Source: Candidatus Latescibacterota bacterium
Lineage (GTDB): Bacteria; Latescibacterota; UBA2968; GCA-2709665
DNA: 64,000 bases
Reading direction: 5' to 3'
Assembly (NCBI GenBank): GCA_965208835.1
Contig: OZ242358.1
Location: 3,296,001 to 3,360,000 of the forward strand
The translations under genes were made by a program, and so were the position numbers. The notes beneath the pieces were generated by a model. That model saw nothing but the letters and a program-made list of their open reading frames with translations. It did no database searches and was not told the DNA's origin. Shown here piece by piece: positions 18,119 through 28,409 of the stretch (the stretch's first letter is position 1; every line of letters starts with the position of its first letter).

Positions 18119-19360
18119 CTATCGTGCAAACACCAGTATTGCATCGCATCGGCGGCGCTCCTTGCGAACGCCACCCCGGTGAATATCGGAATAACTATTC
18201 ACCACCTCTCCCCGGACCACCATCGTGCTGGATCCACCTCCGTCCAGGTTATAGGCATTGTACGCGCCAAGACCGGCAAGGAGATCCGTGAGCTCCGGAA
18301 GGGTCATCCCCATCGCCAGATTGGGCTGACGACCATCAGCGACGATCAGCCAAAGCGTGCTATTGTCCTTTGATATCCCTATCGCCGTCCTGGGATGTCT
18401 CAGGTCATAAAACCACGGCTCAAAGGACTCGGCGCTGTAATCAGTAAACCGCCGGCCATCTCGAATCAGCAGTGTCCCGGCGCTCGTATAGCTGCAATCT
18501 TCCAATGGAAGCGGGCTACCCGGATTCTCCCGGGAGATCAGCTGATGGCTGATCTTCGCCTTTGAACCCACCCGGGCGTGCTGCTTCAACCAGTCGGCAT
18601 ACTTGCCGGACCCGGAAAGGACGTATCCGTTGGAAGGGATGAGATTGGATCCGACATTGTCGCGGATGGCTGAAACCGTATCCTCCCGCACGATTGCCTC
18701 GACACCATTTCGGTCGGTGAGTGTACTTCGGTTCCACTCCGGTGTATAGAGGATGAGGTCATTCTTGTCGAGTTCTACTTTTTCGGCCCCTTCTTTATCC
18801 CATCCACGGACTTCGTTTCGCCTCCGGTTGATTCCGGTCACCTCGCTCTCTTCACTTTCATCCATTGTCACCGTTATACTCAACAGTGGTTCCGCGACGA
18901 TCATGGTCTGCCTGTCGTTCCTCGTACAGATTCCAACGCTCCTGCGACCGGGCGATCGCGGTTCGCTCAGGATCTTGCCATCCAGAACAAAGAACTCGCT
19001 TGGATCGCCGTGAAAGATGTTCCATGCATTGTTTGAAAAGGAGTATCCTGCATTCACGGCGACAAGGGCGTTGTATCTCCTTGCCATATCGCTTGTCGCC
19101 TCCTGCCCGATGATCTGATTCATCGCCATGACCATCTTCAATCGGTACTTCCGCAGGTCTATCTCCGCCACGTGGATGTTCTGGGGAAGACCCTCGCCGG
19201 TCGAGTCCGCAGAAATATGCGTTCGAACCACTCCGGGTGCGACCTCGGTCACCGTCGCTTCCACTTTGGCATTCAAGGGTGGAATCTCGTTCGCACCGAT
19301 TGTAAACCCGCTCGACAACAGTGCTGCCAACAACAGCTGGATGCTCGTTCGCTTGTTCAT
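18119..19360 (-). CDS. Phosphodiester glycosidase (NAGPA-like) family protein, secreted
   Basis: Signal peptide; AVNAGY; RHPRTAIG; DGRQ; NLDGGGSST. Confidence 0.9.
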   Translation of the reverse strand: MNKRTSIQLLLAALLSSGFTIGANEIPPLNAKVEATVTEVAPGVVRTHISADSTGEGLPQNIHVAEIDLRKYRLKMVMAMNQIIGQEATSDMARRYNALVAVNAGYSFSNNAWNIFHGDPSEFFVLDGKILSEPRSPGRRSVGICTRNDRQTMIVAEPLLSITVTMDESEESEVTGINRRRNEVRGWDKEGAEKVELDKNDLILYTPEWNRSTLTDRNGVEAIVREDTVSAIRDNVGSNLIPSNGYVLSGSGKYADWLKQHARVGSKAKISHQLISRENPGSPLPLEDCSYTSAGTLLIRDGRRFTDYSAESFEPWFYDLRHPRTAIGISKDNSTLWLIVADGRQPNLAMGMTLPELTDLLAGLGAYNAYNLDGGGSSTMVVRGEVVNSYSDIHRGGVRKERRRCDAILVFAR

Positions 19361-19535
19361 CCCAATCTCCCAACTGAACGATCTACCAAAATTACCGTCT
19401 GTACACGTTCGCCGCGGTCCAGGACGCAACAATCATACGAGTTGCGACGGGTTCCTTTGAGGCACATTCACCACAGCATTTATACCTCGGGTATCCGTCG
19501 TGACTGAAAGGTCCGAAATGCTCCGTTCATATGTC

Positions 19536-19621
19536 TTCTAACGTTCTGTGGGGCTGCGAGCCTACGAAGTAGGTTGCTCGAGTGCGAGAACGCACCGTAA
19601 CTAGGCACAGGCGTGTTGTGC
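19536..19621 (-). repeat. attC-like site (86 bp)
   Basis: Minus strand GCACAAC...GTTAGAA, CTGTG/CACAG arms, internal hairpin. Confidence 0.55.
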
Positions 19622-19633
19622 GATGAGTTGACC

Positions 19634-20425
19634 TCAACAGCTTCCGTACTCCGGATCAGAGAAGGTTTGCACTCGATACCAATACCGGTATAACTCGCTG
19701 AAACCATACTTGCGTTGCAGAGCCAGAGCTGGCTCGTTGTTAGCCAACACCTGCAGGTATGCCAGACGGGCTCCCTGCTCAAATCCCCACTTTAGCCGTG
19801 CCTCAAGGAGCCGACGGCCAAAGCTCTGTCCCCGATGCTCGGGATCTACCAGCAAGTCAAAGAGACCTATGATTGAGCCCGAAACAACTGCGCGGGCGCA
19901 ACCTACGGATTTACCATCAGTCCGGGCGATAACATAGGCCGACGGAGTGGAGGTGGCGTTGAGCAGACTGCGAAATACCTCAGAGTGCTGATTGCGATCA
20001 GACAGACCTCTCCAGGTTTCGAACCACTCATCTGTTGCACATTCGTATAGCGATACGGCAGAGGAGCTATCGGGACTGGCCTCAAGTCGCTTGGTTTGAA
20101 CCAGCGTTTCGGCGTCACTGGAGTATTGACGCTGGGCCAATGTCTCGTCCAAATTCCCAGGTTTACAGGTTGGAAAAATCTTGAAAAGACAAGGTAGCGA
20201 TGCCCGCGCGTACGCAGCTTCACAATGAACCAGCTTCTCCTGGAGCTGGGTTGTGGATCCGTACAGCGGGACTACACAATTGGCACGGCGACTGTATCCC
20301 TCAGACATTCGAACGATCCAGCCGTCGTAGAACTCTGTTTGCAACGCGGGTAGCCCGTTCAACGCGGCCTCTTCCAGCGTTGCGACGAGCTCTGTGTTGT
20401 TCGTTGAATCAATAGCGTTCGTCAT
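19634..20425 (-). CDS. GNAT acetyltransferase
   Basis: GYSRRANCV; VDPEHRGQSFG; YLQVLANNEPA. Confidence 0.9.
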   Translation of the reverse strand: MTNAIDSTNNTELVATLEEAALNGLPALQTEFYDGWIVRMSEGYSRRANCVVPLYGSTTQLQEKLVHCEAAYARASLPCLFKIFPTCKPGNLDETLAQRQYSSDAETLVQTKRLEASPDSSSAVSLYECATDEWFETWRGLSDRNQHSEVFRSLLNATSTPSAYVIARTDGKSVGCARAVVSGSIIGLFDLLVDPEHRGQSFGRRLLEARLKWGFEQGARLAYLQVLANNEPALALQRKYGFSELYRYWYRVQTFSDPEYGSC

Positions 20426-20427
20426 AG

Positions 20428-20525
20428 GAATAACATCACGCCAGTTTGCAAACCTGCGAATGTGGGTTGCCGAGGGCCAGGCGCCGACAGGCGCGGAGCT
20501 CAAATTGCTGCGCGGCAGGATGTGG
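20428..20525 (-). repeat. Degenerate attC-like site
   Basis: AACATCACGCC/GGCAGGATGTG arms; AACCTGC..GTGGGTTGCCGA core. Confidence 0.5.
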
Positions 20526-20608
20526 AATACTCTGCGTCTGATTGAACATACTTGGTTTCATTTGTACCCAGCCATTCGGTCGAATGCGTCCCAACAAGGG
20601 GTGCGGTT

Positions 20609-21511
20609 TCAGGCATTCGTAACCGTTTCAAGGTCGCGACACGCTTTCAGCAAAGCCTCTTGAATGTTCAGAAACTCCAGATACCCGTGTGGCATTGGAT
20701 ACCTGGCGCTGTCGAACGGCTTAAACGGATCTATGATCTTCTGCCTTGCAAAGGCGTAGAGCGCTTTCTGGTGCTCTGTCGCCTCTGGCGCCCGATCAAA
20801 GGAGATTCCACAATTATTGCGCCACAATCGAGAATCAACCGTATCGGCCATCGCCTGAATTCGCGAGTCTCGATTCTCGAACTTCGAGTTCAGGAAGTTG
20901 GACAGTCTCCCGGCCTGCACGTGTGGTTTTCGCCCGACATCTTCGTATCCAACAAAAAGCCGGTGCGCAGCGTCTTCGGTGTGGCGCAGGATCAGCGTCA
21001 TCATGTGCTGCCAGCGCAGCAGATTCATCGCCACGAACGAAAGCCGCACTTTCAAATTGGACGGCATGATGAACTTCTGCCACGACACGGCTGTATCCAG
21101 AGGGTGGCGAACTGTGATTATATAAATCGCATCTCCCCATATCTGTTTGAAAAACGGGAGATAATGACAGAGCGCAGGATCCTTCCAGAACCAGGGGCCG
21201 CCCTCGTCCATCTCTGACATCAGGGCAGCGGCTTTTGTTCGATACTCCGGGTCAGAAGCATAATTTCCGATTCGATGTTGAAAGTCACGGTCCCACCAAG
21301 TCGCCCCGGAAGCAAAATCCCCTAACTCGGCCAAAAAATCCCATAACGGCAGGTATTCCCAATAGCCGCGGGGCGCATGCGCATCTGCCGCGTGCAGCTT
21401 TTCCGAAGCGCCTGCATACGCGCCCCATGTGTGCACCATCTCGGCAACCACGGATGTCCCGCTCCGCTCGACACCAAGTACGATAATAGGTTGGCTTTCA
21501 GAGCAGGTCAT
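20609..21511 (-). CDS. Sulfotransferase family protein
   Basis: GVERSGTS, WKDP, VRHPLDTAVSW. Confidence 0.85.
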   Translation of the reverse strand: MTCSESQPIIVLGVERSGTSVVAEMVHTWGAYAGASEKLHAADAHAPRGYWEYLPLWDFLAELGDFASGATWWDRDFQHRIGNYASDPEYRTKAAALMSEMDEGGPWFWKDPALCHYLPFFKQIWGDAIYIITVRHPLDTAVSWQKFIMPSNLKVRLSFVAMNLLRWQHMMTLILRHTEDAAHRLFVGYEDVGRKPHVQAGRLSNFLNSKFENRDSRIQAMADTVDSRLWRNNCGISFDRAPEATEHQKALYAFARQKIIDPFKPFDSARYPMPHGYLEFLNIQEALLKACRDLETVTNA

Positions 21512-21543
21512 TTCGAGTGCCCTTGTGGACTTCCGCCAATGAC

Positions 21544-21630
21544 GCATTACGTTTAGCCGCGCACGAATCCAGGCGTGGTGACGTCCAGGCGCCGCGTCGC
21601 CGAATCAGGGAACGAGCGTACCTGTTGAAG
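21544..21630 (-). repeat. Degenerate attC-like site (87 bp)
   Basis: GCATTAC...GTTGAAG on +. Confidence 0.35.
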
Positions 21631-21639
21631 TCAAGGTCT

Positions 21640-22383
21640 TCAGGCCGCGGTCAGCAGGATAGGGCGGCCATCGGTAATGACAACGGTATGCTCATAATGA
21701 GCCGAGAGAGATCCGTTCGAGGTTCTCATGGTCCAACCGTCGCTGTCTTCAACCGCCCGGGCCGGATTCTCGGCAATCAGTGGCTCGATCGTGATCACAA
21801 GACCATTCGTAAGCGGCGTCGAATCGAGCGGATTATAGGTATTGGCAACGATGGGGTCTTCATGGATGACGCGACCGACTCCATGCCCCGTAAGCCCACT
21901 GACAACCCGGAATCCTTGTCGCGTCACCTCTCGCTCTACGGCACGGCCGATGCAATTGATCGGTTCGCCCGCACGGGCTACGGCCACCGCCTCTTCGAAT
22001 GCCGTGCGGGCGCACCGGCACAATCTGACCGCTTTCGGGGAGCATGGAGGAATCGGGATGGTTATTGCTGCATCTGCAATGTAGCCGTTCAGTTCCGCGG
22101 TGACATCCAGGCTTACAATGTCACCCTCTTCAAGCACTCGATCACCCGGAATACCGTGGACGATTTCGTCATTGACGCTGATAAGATTGACGCCGGGAAA
22201 ACCGTAAAATAACCGGGGTGCGGACGTTGCGCCGTACCGCTCGAGCACCAACTCGCCGGCGCGGTCGACGTCCGATGTGGTTACTCCGGCGCGGACGGAA
22301 CCCGCCATTTCCCTCAACGTGGCGGCAACCACCTGCCCGGCCTTCGCGAGGCCTTCGAAATCTTCACGACATTCTATCGACAA
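21640..22383 (-). CDS. map: Type I methionyl aminopeptidase
   Basis: SVNDEIVHGIP, GHGVGRVIHEDP, TIEP, SAHYEHT; TTG start after GGGAG. Confidence 0.93.
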   Translation of the reverse strand: MSIECREDFEGLAKAGQVVAATLREMAGSVRAGVTTSDVDRAGELVLERYGATSAPRLFYGFPGVNLISVNDEIVHGIPGDRVLEEGDIVSLDVTAELNGYIADAAITIPIPPCSPKAVRLCRCARTAFEEAVAVARAGEPINCIGRAVEREVTRQGFRVVSGLTGHGVGRVIHEDPIVANTYNPLDSTPLTNGLVITIEPLIAENPARAVEDSDGWTMRTSNGSLSAHYEHTVVITDGRPILLTAA

Positions 22384-22521
22384 CGACCGACTCCCTTTGA
22401 ATGGTATAACTCTCAATAGTGATTTACGCCGAAGGATGGCGTCTACGATGGTGTTCGCCGAGGTCGTGAAGGGGCGGGATCTTCCACTCAGCGATGCCGA
22501 ATGGGCGCCAAGAGGAACCAA

Positions 22522-23301
22522 TCAGCCTCTTTCTTTGAGTATCGGAGCCGTCAGATCGGATAGCCGTTTGCGTTGGTTGCCCGCTTCGTCAAAGTTCGAC
22601 GGGTCCAGCCAGATTTCAAAGGCCTTTCGCAAAGCAGGCCATTCGGAGTCAATAGCGGCAAACCAGGAGGTGTCCCGGTTTCGTCCGTTATAAACCTTGG
22701 CATTTCGAAACACGCCTTCATACGACAATCCGAGCCGTTCAGCAGCAGCTCGAGAAGCAACATTGAGACTATCACATTTCCACGAGTATCGTCGGAATCC
22801 AAGGTCAAACGCATGCCGCATCATGAGATACATTGCCTCTGTGGCGGCTGGTGTCCGTTTCAAACGCCCGGGGAAGTAGAGATGTCCAACCTCAATGCAG
22901 CCATTCAGCAGGTCGATATTCACGTAACTTGCTAAACCGAGAACCTTGCCCACGCTGCTGGGCCTTATTGCGAAGAAGAGAGGATCGCTCTGGAGACACC
23001 CGGAGAGCCAGTGACGGTAATCCTCGAAACTCTCGAACGGCCCATAGGCGAGGTACGTCCAACTGGCTCCATCTTCATCCGATGAAATTGCGTTGTAGAG
23101 TTCGCACGAGTGCTCGTCCAGATTCAAGGGCTCTAGACGGCAGTACCGGCCCTCCATGACTTCCCTGGCAGGAGGCCGACACGGTTCCCAATCTGGAATC
23201 GGAAATCCAATGGGTAGTCCTTGATCACTAAAAAACGAGCTCAATGGGTCGAGGATCCTTTCTCTGAGTTTTCGTTTTCGCGTGCGTTGAAGCTCAGTCA
23301 A
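22522..23301 (-). CDS. RimJ/RimL-type GNAT acetyltransferase
   Basis: IEVGH, ATEAMYLMM, WKCDSLN...AAERLG, GRNRDT. Confidence 0.9.
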   Translation of the reverse strand: MTELQRTRKRKLRERILDPLSSFFSDQGLPIGFPIPDWEPCRPPAREVMEGRYCRLEPLNLDEHSCELYNAISSDEDGASWTYLAYGPFESFEDYRHWLSGCLQSDPLFFAIRPSSVGKVLGLASYVNIDLLNGCIEVGHLYFPGRLKRTPAATEAMYLMMRHAFDLGFRRYSWKCDSLNVASRAAAERLGLSYEGVFRNAKVYNGRNRDTSWFAAIDSEWPALRKAFEIWLDPSNFDEAGNQRKRLSDLTAPILKERG

Positions 23302-23306
23302 CTGGG

Positions 23307-23395
23307 ATATAACGCTCTCACAGGCCGCGAATATGCAGGGTTAGGCAATCTGAGAGAGACGAATGTCCGAAGCCGCCGCCAGAAGAGTGATAGGC
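23307..23395 (-). repeat. Degenerate attC-like site (89 bp)
   Basis: ATATAACGCTCT...AGAGTGATAGGC arms. Confidence 0.45.
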
Positions 23396-23423
23396 TGTGC
23401 GTCCTGGCATCAGGACGAACCCT

Positions 23424-23852
23424 TCAATTTTCGGCGATTCCTATTGCCGCCCTGACGCGACCGAAAAGTCGAGGCTGTATTTGGGGATACGTCAGGTTAT
23501 CTGGAAGATCTGAAAGGAAGGCAAGCTCTTCGATTTCAGAATGCGGATTTTCAGCCATTTCGGTCACAACGGCATAGAAGAGTCTCCCGTGGTCGATGTT
23601 CCCGTCATGTTCTACCGAGTAACTGCAGACCTCCCGGATTTCCCAAGCGCACGCTCCGGTTTCCTCGGATAGTTCTCTCGTGGCAGCCGCCAGGGGTGTT
23701 TCCTCTGGCTCGATATGTCCGCCAGGAATCTCCCAGCTTTCACGATCTTTGTGCCTGCAAAAAATCCACTTTCCACCGGTCTGAGCGGCGATTGCCACGT
23801 AGGTTAGATTTGCATCTGGAACGTCCCCCGATTCGTGGAACGAGATGGTCAA
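23424..23852 (-). CDS. NUDIX hydrolase
   Basis: GGHIEPEETPLAAATRELSEETG. Confidence 0.9.
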   Translation of the reverse strand: MTISFHESGDVPDANLTYVAIAAQTGGKWIFCRHKDRESWEIPGGHIEPEETPLAAATRELSEETGACAWEIREVCSYSVEHDGNIDHGRLFYAVVTEMAENPHSEIEELAFLSDLPDNLTYPQIQPRLFGRVRAAIGIAEN

Positions 23853-24040
23853 GTCCCAAAGTCTCCCTATATGTCAGACAGGCGTAGTCACATTGGAGGT
23901 GTTGGTGAAAACGCCGGAACGTAGCAAAGGATAAGATTAATCATGACAAAGGCAGCCCCTAATGCGGCTCAGCGCAGGCTCCCCCGCCCGAGTGGGTTTG
24001 GATCTGTGATTCGACCACGCGACTTTCACACAGCGAAACT

Positions 24041-24871
24041 TCAGGGCTGTCGACCATCGACGTCTTTAATCCCATACTCTCGGGCTAAATCGGGGACCTC
24101 CAGATATGGTCTCACGTCGACCTTGCTCATCACCTCCGGGTCTGCAGCCAACGCCGCTATCGCCCGGCCGTCGTATACTGGCGTAAACGTCTTCTCCAGG
24201 TCTTCAGGTCGGGTGTTCACGTCAGGCACCCAGGTTCGCATGTATTGGTGTTCGTCGCCAAGCGACAACAGGATAGCTGCTATTCCGTTCTCCCGACACT
24301 CTTCTGCCATACCATGCGTCATTCTGTATATCGCGGACTTGAACGTGTCATAGAACAGATTCGAGTGGAACTTGCTGTCCGGATTGATCCCACTGGTGGT
24401 GTTGACGATCAGACCGTGTCCCTGCTCCAGCATGATCGAAATTGCGCCCCGAGCAGCCGTCATATGGGATCTCAATCCGGCTCCGTGCATGAGTTCCCAC
24501 TGTCGTATCAGAAGCTCCCAGAACAGTTTACGCCCCCAGAATCCATCGCCCATCTCGTAGCCGCCCCAGGCGTTGTTCACGAGCAAATCCAGCCTTCCTT
24601 GTTCGCTCTTTACTCGAATGAAGAGTTCCTCAACCTGCTCATCCATCGTGTGATCTACCCGGACAGGAATCCCCTCGCCACCCCCGTGAGTCACCGTTTC
24701 AGCCGTGTCTTCAATGGTTTCGCTGGGGATGTCCGTGGTCTGGTTCCCGCGGATGCTGCGTCCCGTCACGTATACAGTCGCGCCTGCCTCGCCGAGCGCT
24801 GTGGCAATGCCCTTCCCCCCTCCGCGGCTTGCTCCGGTCACGACGGCTACTTTGTTTGCCAACGTCTTCAT
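24041..24871 (-). CDS. SDR family oxidoreductase (DHRS1-like)
   Basis: TGASRGGGKG, LVNNAWGG, YDTFK. Confidence 0.9.
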   Translation of the reverse strand: MKTLANKVAVVTGASRGGGKGIATALGEAGATVYVTGRSIRGNQTTDIPSETIEDTAETVTHGGGEGIPVRVDHTMDEQVEELFIRVKSEQGRLDLLVNNAWGGYEMGDGFWGRKLFWELLIRQWELMHGAGLRSHMTAARGAISIMLEQGHGLIVNTTSGINPDSKFHSNLFYDTFKSAIYRMTHGMAEECRENGIAAILLSLGDEHQYMRTWVPDVNTRPEDLEKTFTPVYDGRAIAALAADPEVMSKVDVRPYLEVPDLAREYGIKDVDGRQP

Positions 24872-25045
24872 CTTCCGGATGTCCTGTCCCTTATCTCACT
24901 GACCCATAACGATCCGCTCTACAGAAGCAGATTTGCCCTGGTCAATCTGTCATCCGCACCTTTGCGGGCCCCGTAAGCAAAGCCGCCGCGAGAACCTGGC
25001 AGAATGCAGCCGCCGGCAGCGTGAAAGGCATTGAACGCGGCAGGC

Positions 25046-26260
25046 TCAAGCGCGCAGGCGCTCGAGGCATTCCTCATACGCTTCGAAGCGCTCGCCTTCG
25101 CGCTCCTCGGGATCTACCTTTTTGAGGAACAACGCGCTGCCCGGTTTCTTTCCGGTAAACTCGCGGTGGCTTCTGATGTGCGCCGGGTTCTCACCGCTCC
25201 ACTTGACCTCGCCATCCTGCAGATACACGAAATTCCCGCCGTGTTCCTCGATCATCGATTGCATTCGATCGCGATAGAAGAGTCCCTGTTCGCAAGCCGT
25301 TTCCCTCACCGTGGCCATGATTTCAGGTGGATCTTCCTCCTCAGAGTCAAACTCGTTCAGTGGACCCTCGACCTCACTCTCGAAGTCGATTTCGTCGAGA
25401 TCCACCGTCCCGAATCCGCTCTGCGCCGCGACGAGCAGATGGTTGCGGTCGCGGCGGAATGGCGGCGTGGGCCAATCGGACGCCGGATCGTGCCCCATCA
25501 GGCTCGCGCCCACCGCGTCGGTGGCGATGATCTGGTCGCCCGCGATGAGGGTGTTACACACGCGTCCCTCGCCGTCCCACTCACGACCCCACTGACCGGT
25601 CGTGGCGTCGATGACATTGAGACACGGATTGGTAATGCGCGCCAGATCGGGGAGTACGTAGGACAGCCGGATCGCGTGGTGGAAATAGGTGCGCACGCGA
25701 CCCTCCGGCGGGATCGTGGGCGTGAGGCCGAACAGGTTCTTTGTGCAAAGCGTGACGCCCATGAAGAGATGGTTCTTCATCTTCGCGACGGAGACGGCCT
25801 CATCCGCTTCGCTGAAGCACCGGCTGAGTGTGTAGCGCTGGAACATGCAGCCGCCTCCGGGCACGTCATACTCGGCGAAGGGCGGATAATTCGACTCCGC
25901 GTGTTCCACGTCGAATTCCTCGAGCAACGGAAGGTAGTTGAAGTAGTCCGTCGCGGCCCCGGACGCGTCCCGGCAGAACGTATCGGCGGCGACAAGTGAC
26001 GCCGAGGTCCGCTCGCGCAGGAGGCGGAGGACAGCTCGACAGACGGAATCGTCGACGAGCTCTCGTCGGCGGCCTTCGAAGTGAACCACATTCGTATGCC
26101 CCATGTTGAACTTGAGCGCGATGCGGCCCGCCTTTTCCAGCTTCTCCCAGGAGCGCGCCAGGGGGGCGGTCGCCCGTACCAGGTTCTCGTAGACCTCCTC
26201 GTCGGAAGCCCGGTGATCGCACTCTACTGCACGAACGCTGAATTCACGGTCCATTTCCAT
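25046..26260 (-). CDS. DUF362 domain protein
   Basis: LKFN, AKMKNH...TLCTKNLFG, IATDAVGASLMG. Confidence 0.8.
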   Translation of the reverse strand: MEMDREFSVRAVECDHRASDEEVYENLVRATAPLARSWEKLEKAGRIALKFNMGHTNVVHFEGRRRELVDDSVCRAVLRLLRERTSASLVAADTFCRDASGAATDYFNYLPLLEEFDVEHAESNYPPFAEYDVPGGGCMFQRYTLSRCFSEADEAVSVAKMKNHLFMGVTLCTKNLFGLTPTIPPEGRVRTYFHHAIRLSYVLPDLARITNPCLNVIDATTGQWGREWDGEGRVCNTLIAGDQIIATDAVGASLMGHDPASDWPTPPFRRDRNHLLVAAQSGFGTVDLDEIDFESEVEGPLNEFDSEEEDPPEIMATVRETACEQGLFYRDRMQSMIEEHGGNFVYLQDGEVKWSGENPAHIRSHREFTGKKPGSALFLKKVDPEEREGERFEAYEECLERLRA

Positions 26261-26345
26261 TCTCTCCTTGTGTTATTCCGGCCTGACGCATGAAATTGAA
26301 AAAGCCGCAGCCCGTCGTGTCAGGCAGTCCTTCGGGTGCTACTTC

Positions 26346-27305
26346 CTATTCGAGGAGTTTCAGCGCGGTCGTCCGGTCCCAGCCTCCTGGCGTCGGACCC
26401 TGGTATGCGGCGAGGATTTCCAACACCCTGGCGAGGGAGTGTAGTTTCAGAACCAGCTCCTGTTCGATACTCAGCGGTCGGTAGGTCCGCCAGAAGCGTT
26501 CTGCCAATTCTGGTGTCTTTAGGAAAACGCTCAGATACAGATCCCTCGAGTCGGTGAATGCAGGTGCAAACGCAGCATTTTCGAAATCCAGAACCGCTAC
26601 CAGATTAAGGGTCTCCGGATCGACACGAAGATTATGCAACTGAAAGTCATGATGGACAAGAGCATCGACTTCCGCTGCCCCCAAAGTCTCGGCTTGGTCG
26701 GTCCAGAGCGCAATGCAGCGATCGAGGATGTCTTTTCCCAGCCAGCCTTGCTTCCGGAGGTCCCCGATTGCCCGCTGGAATCGGTTCTCCTCGGACTTCC
26801 GCCACTCGCTTCCAGTCATCGGGTTACCGAGAATGGCGACGATATTCGGACCGACAGGAGTCGAGTGGAGGTCATGCATTTGAGACGCGCATTGCGTAAG
26901 GATCTTCTCCTTGTCTTCGAAACCAATCTCGCTCCACACCCGGTCGCCATCGACGCCACCCGCGTATTCTATGAGAGCATGGGGATAAGCGACAACGGCG
27001 TCGCCGGATGAGACGTGGATCCAGTCAGGCGTGGGCACCGCAGATTCGCGCTGGACAATTCTGACAACCCCCTCTTCCCTTCGCATTACGTCGTCGTCTG
27101 AACATCTGACCCAGACCTTCAACACAATCAAGTGGCGACCGGGCAATTCCAGCAAGAAGATCGCGTTCACCTCGCCACGCCTCAATCGGCGGATCGAGGT
27201 CGGTTCCGGGATGCCGGCCTTTAAACAAATGGCCCGCGCGATTGGAAGCGAAAGATCATAATCGACGAATTCCCGGTATGTCAGGAGTGGTTTTGGAGCA
27301 GTCAT
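26346..27305 (-). CDS. APH-like phosphotransferase
   Basis: HHDFQLHN and VLDFE kinase motifs. Confidence 0.85.
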   Translation of the reverse strand: MTAPKPLLTYREFVDYDLSLPIARAICLKAGIPEPTSIRRLRRGEVNAIFLLELPGRHLIVLKVWVRCSDDDVMRREEGVVRIVQRESAVPTPDWIHVSSGDAVVAYPHALIEYAGGVDGDRVWSEIGFEDKEKILTQCASQMHDLHSTPVGPNIVAILGNPMTGSEWRKSEENRFQRAIGDLRKQGWLGKDILDRCIALWTDQAETLGAAEVDALVHHDFQLHNLRVDPETLNLVAVLDFENAAFAPAFTDSRDLYLSVFLKTPELAERFWRTYRPLSIEQELVLKLHSLARVLEILAAYQGPTPGGWDRTTALKLLE

Positions 27306-27330
27306 AGGCAAGCGGGAAATGGTCCAACAA

Positions 27331-27702
27331 TCACCTCGACCAATCACTGTCGTAGGCCGCACGAAAATTCAACGGTGGCGATGTGACTGACATGTAGACA
27401 AAGGTCTGGGTACCGGAATTGACAAACCCGTGAAGGTCACCTTCCTCAAACCGAACAACGTCACCTTCAGCGAATCTCGCTACCTCACCGTTATCCAGAA
27501 GCAGATTTCCGGAACCCTGTAAGGCAATCCATATCTGTTCCGATGCGCTATGTCGATGCGGAGGATTCTTGCCGCCAGGAGGGACCATGACCTGTGTAAT
27601 CGTAACCCTCTGCGACGATGAGTTCTCTGGAAACAGCAGTTGTCGAGATTCAATCCCAAAATTGATGAACACCTGGATGTCCGAGGAACGAATCAGTTCC
27701 AT
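27331..27702 (-). CDS. Cupin domain protein
   Basis: PHRH..SEQIW...G; GDLHGFVN. Confidence 0.9.
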   Translation of the reverse strand: MELIRSSDIQVFINFGIESRQLLFPENSSSQRVTITQVMVPPGGKNPPHRHSASEQIWIALQGSGNLLLDNGEVARFAEGDVVRFEEGDLHGFVNSGTQTFVYMSVTSPPLNFRAAYDSDWSR

Positions 27703-27727
27703 ATCGAATCCTTCTCAACCATTTTTC

Positions 27728-27830
27728 GGCGAACATTATGTTGGCTTGCGACTCGCTTAGCTGGTTGCCGATGCGCAAGGCGACTGACGAGTGGCGCACA
27801 CGGCTCTGAACATCAATTGGACGTGTGTTC
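27728..27830 (-). repeat. Degenerate attC-like site
   Basis: GGCGAAC...GTGTTC; core GCGACTCGCTTAGCTGGTTGCCGATG shared with 44044. Confidence 0.5.
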
Positions 27831-28270
27831 TACTTGTGTGTTTCTATTGACTTTATCAGTAAGCCAATCTTGTCGTCGTATCCGGCAACAAGCCTGGGAA
27901 GTGTTTTGATTTCAGCCCAAAAGAAATCGAACGGATGGATAAGAGATCCGTCCTCCGAATGCTCTCCGTAACGCCACGTTTCTTCTGTTGGCCCTTCCAC
28001 AGACAGATGGTAGAACCAGCGATGTTGCAGTTCATCGCTCCCGCAAAACCTCATGTCCATTGTATCCCGCGCAAGGAATCGCACATATCTGAGCGCGGTC
28101 AATCCCGTCTCCTCTTCTGCTTCTCGCATCACCGCACCCCGAGGATTCTCTCCCGGCTCAATCGTCCCCGCGGGAACCTGAATGCCGGCTTCCGAAGACC
28201 CGGGTTGCGTAAAGAGGAGTAGCCGGCTCCCATTGGTGATATATGCGTAAGCTCTGTGACGGGTTTTCAT
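27830..28270 (-). CDS. NUDIX hydrolase
   Basis: AGTIEPGENPRGAVMREAEEETG. Confidence 0.9.
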   Translation of the reverse strand: MKTRHRAYAYITNGSRLLLFTQPGSSEAGIQVPAGTIEPGENPRGAVMREAEEETGLTALRYVRFLARDTMDMRFCGSDELQHRWFYHLSVEGPTEETWRYGEHSEDGSLIHPFDFFWAEIKTLPRLVAGYDDKIGLLIKSIETHK

Positions 28271-28409
28271 TGGTGACGGAGTTCTTGAGACCCAGGTCTC
28301 TTATGAGCTACAAAATACTCGACACCCCCGAAGCCGGAGGTGCCGTGTTAACCGATGTGGAGGTCTGCCGGATCACGGTAGAGTTCAAATCGCAACAACC
28401 GCGCCCTGG

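Noticed and set aside
26281-26325. GCCTGAC...GTCAGGC inverted 7-mers as an attC site
   Set aside because: Only 45 bp, shorter than functional attC; at most a deleted remnant.
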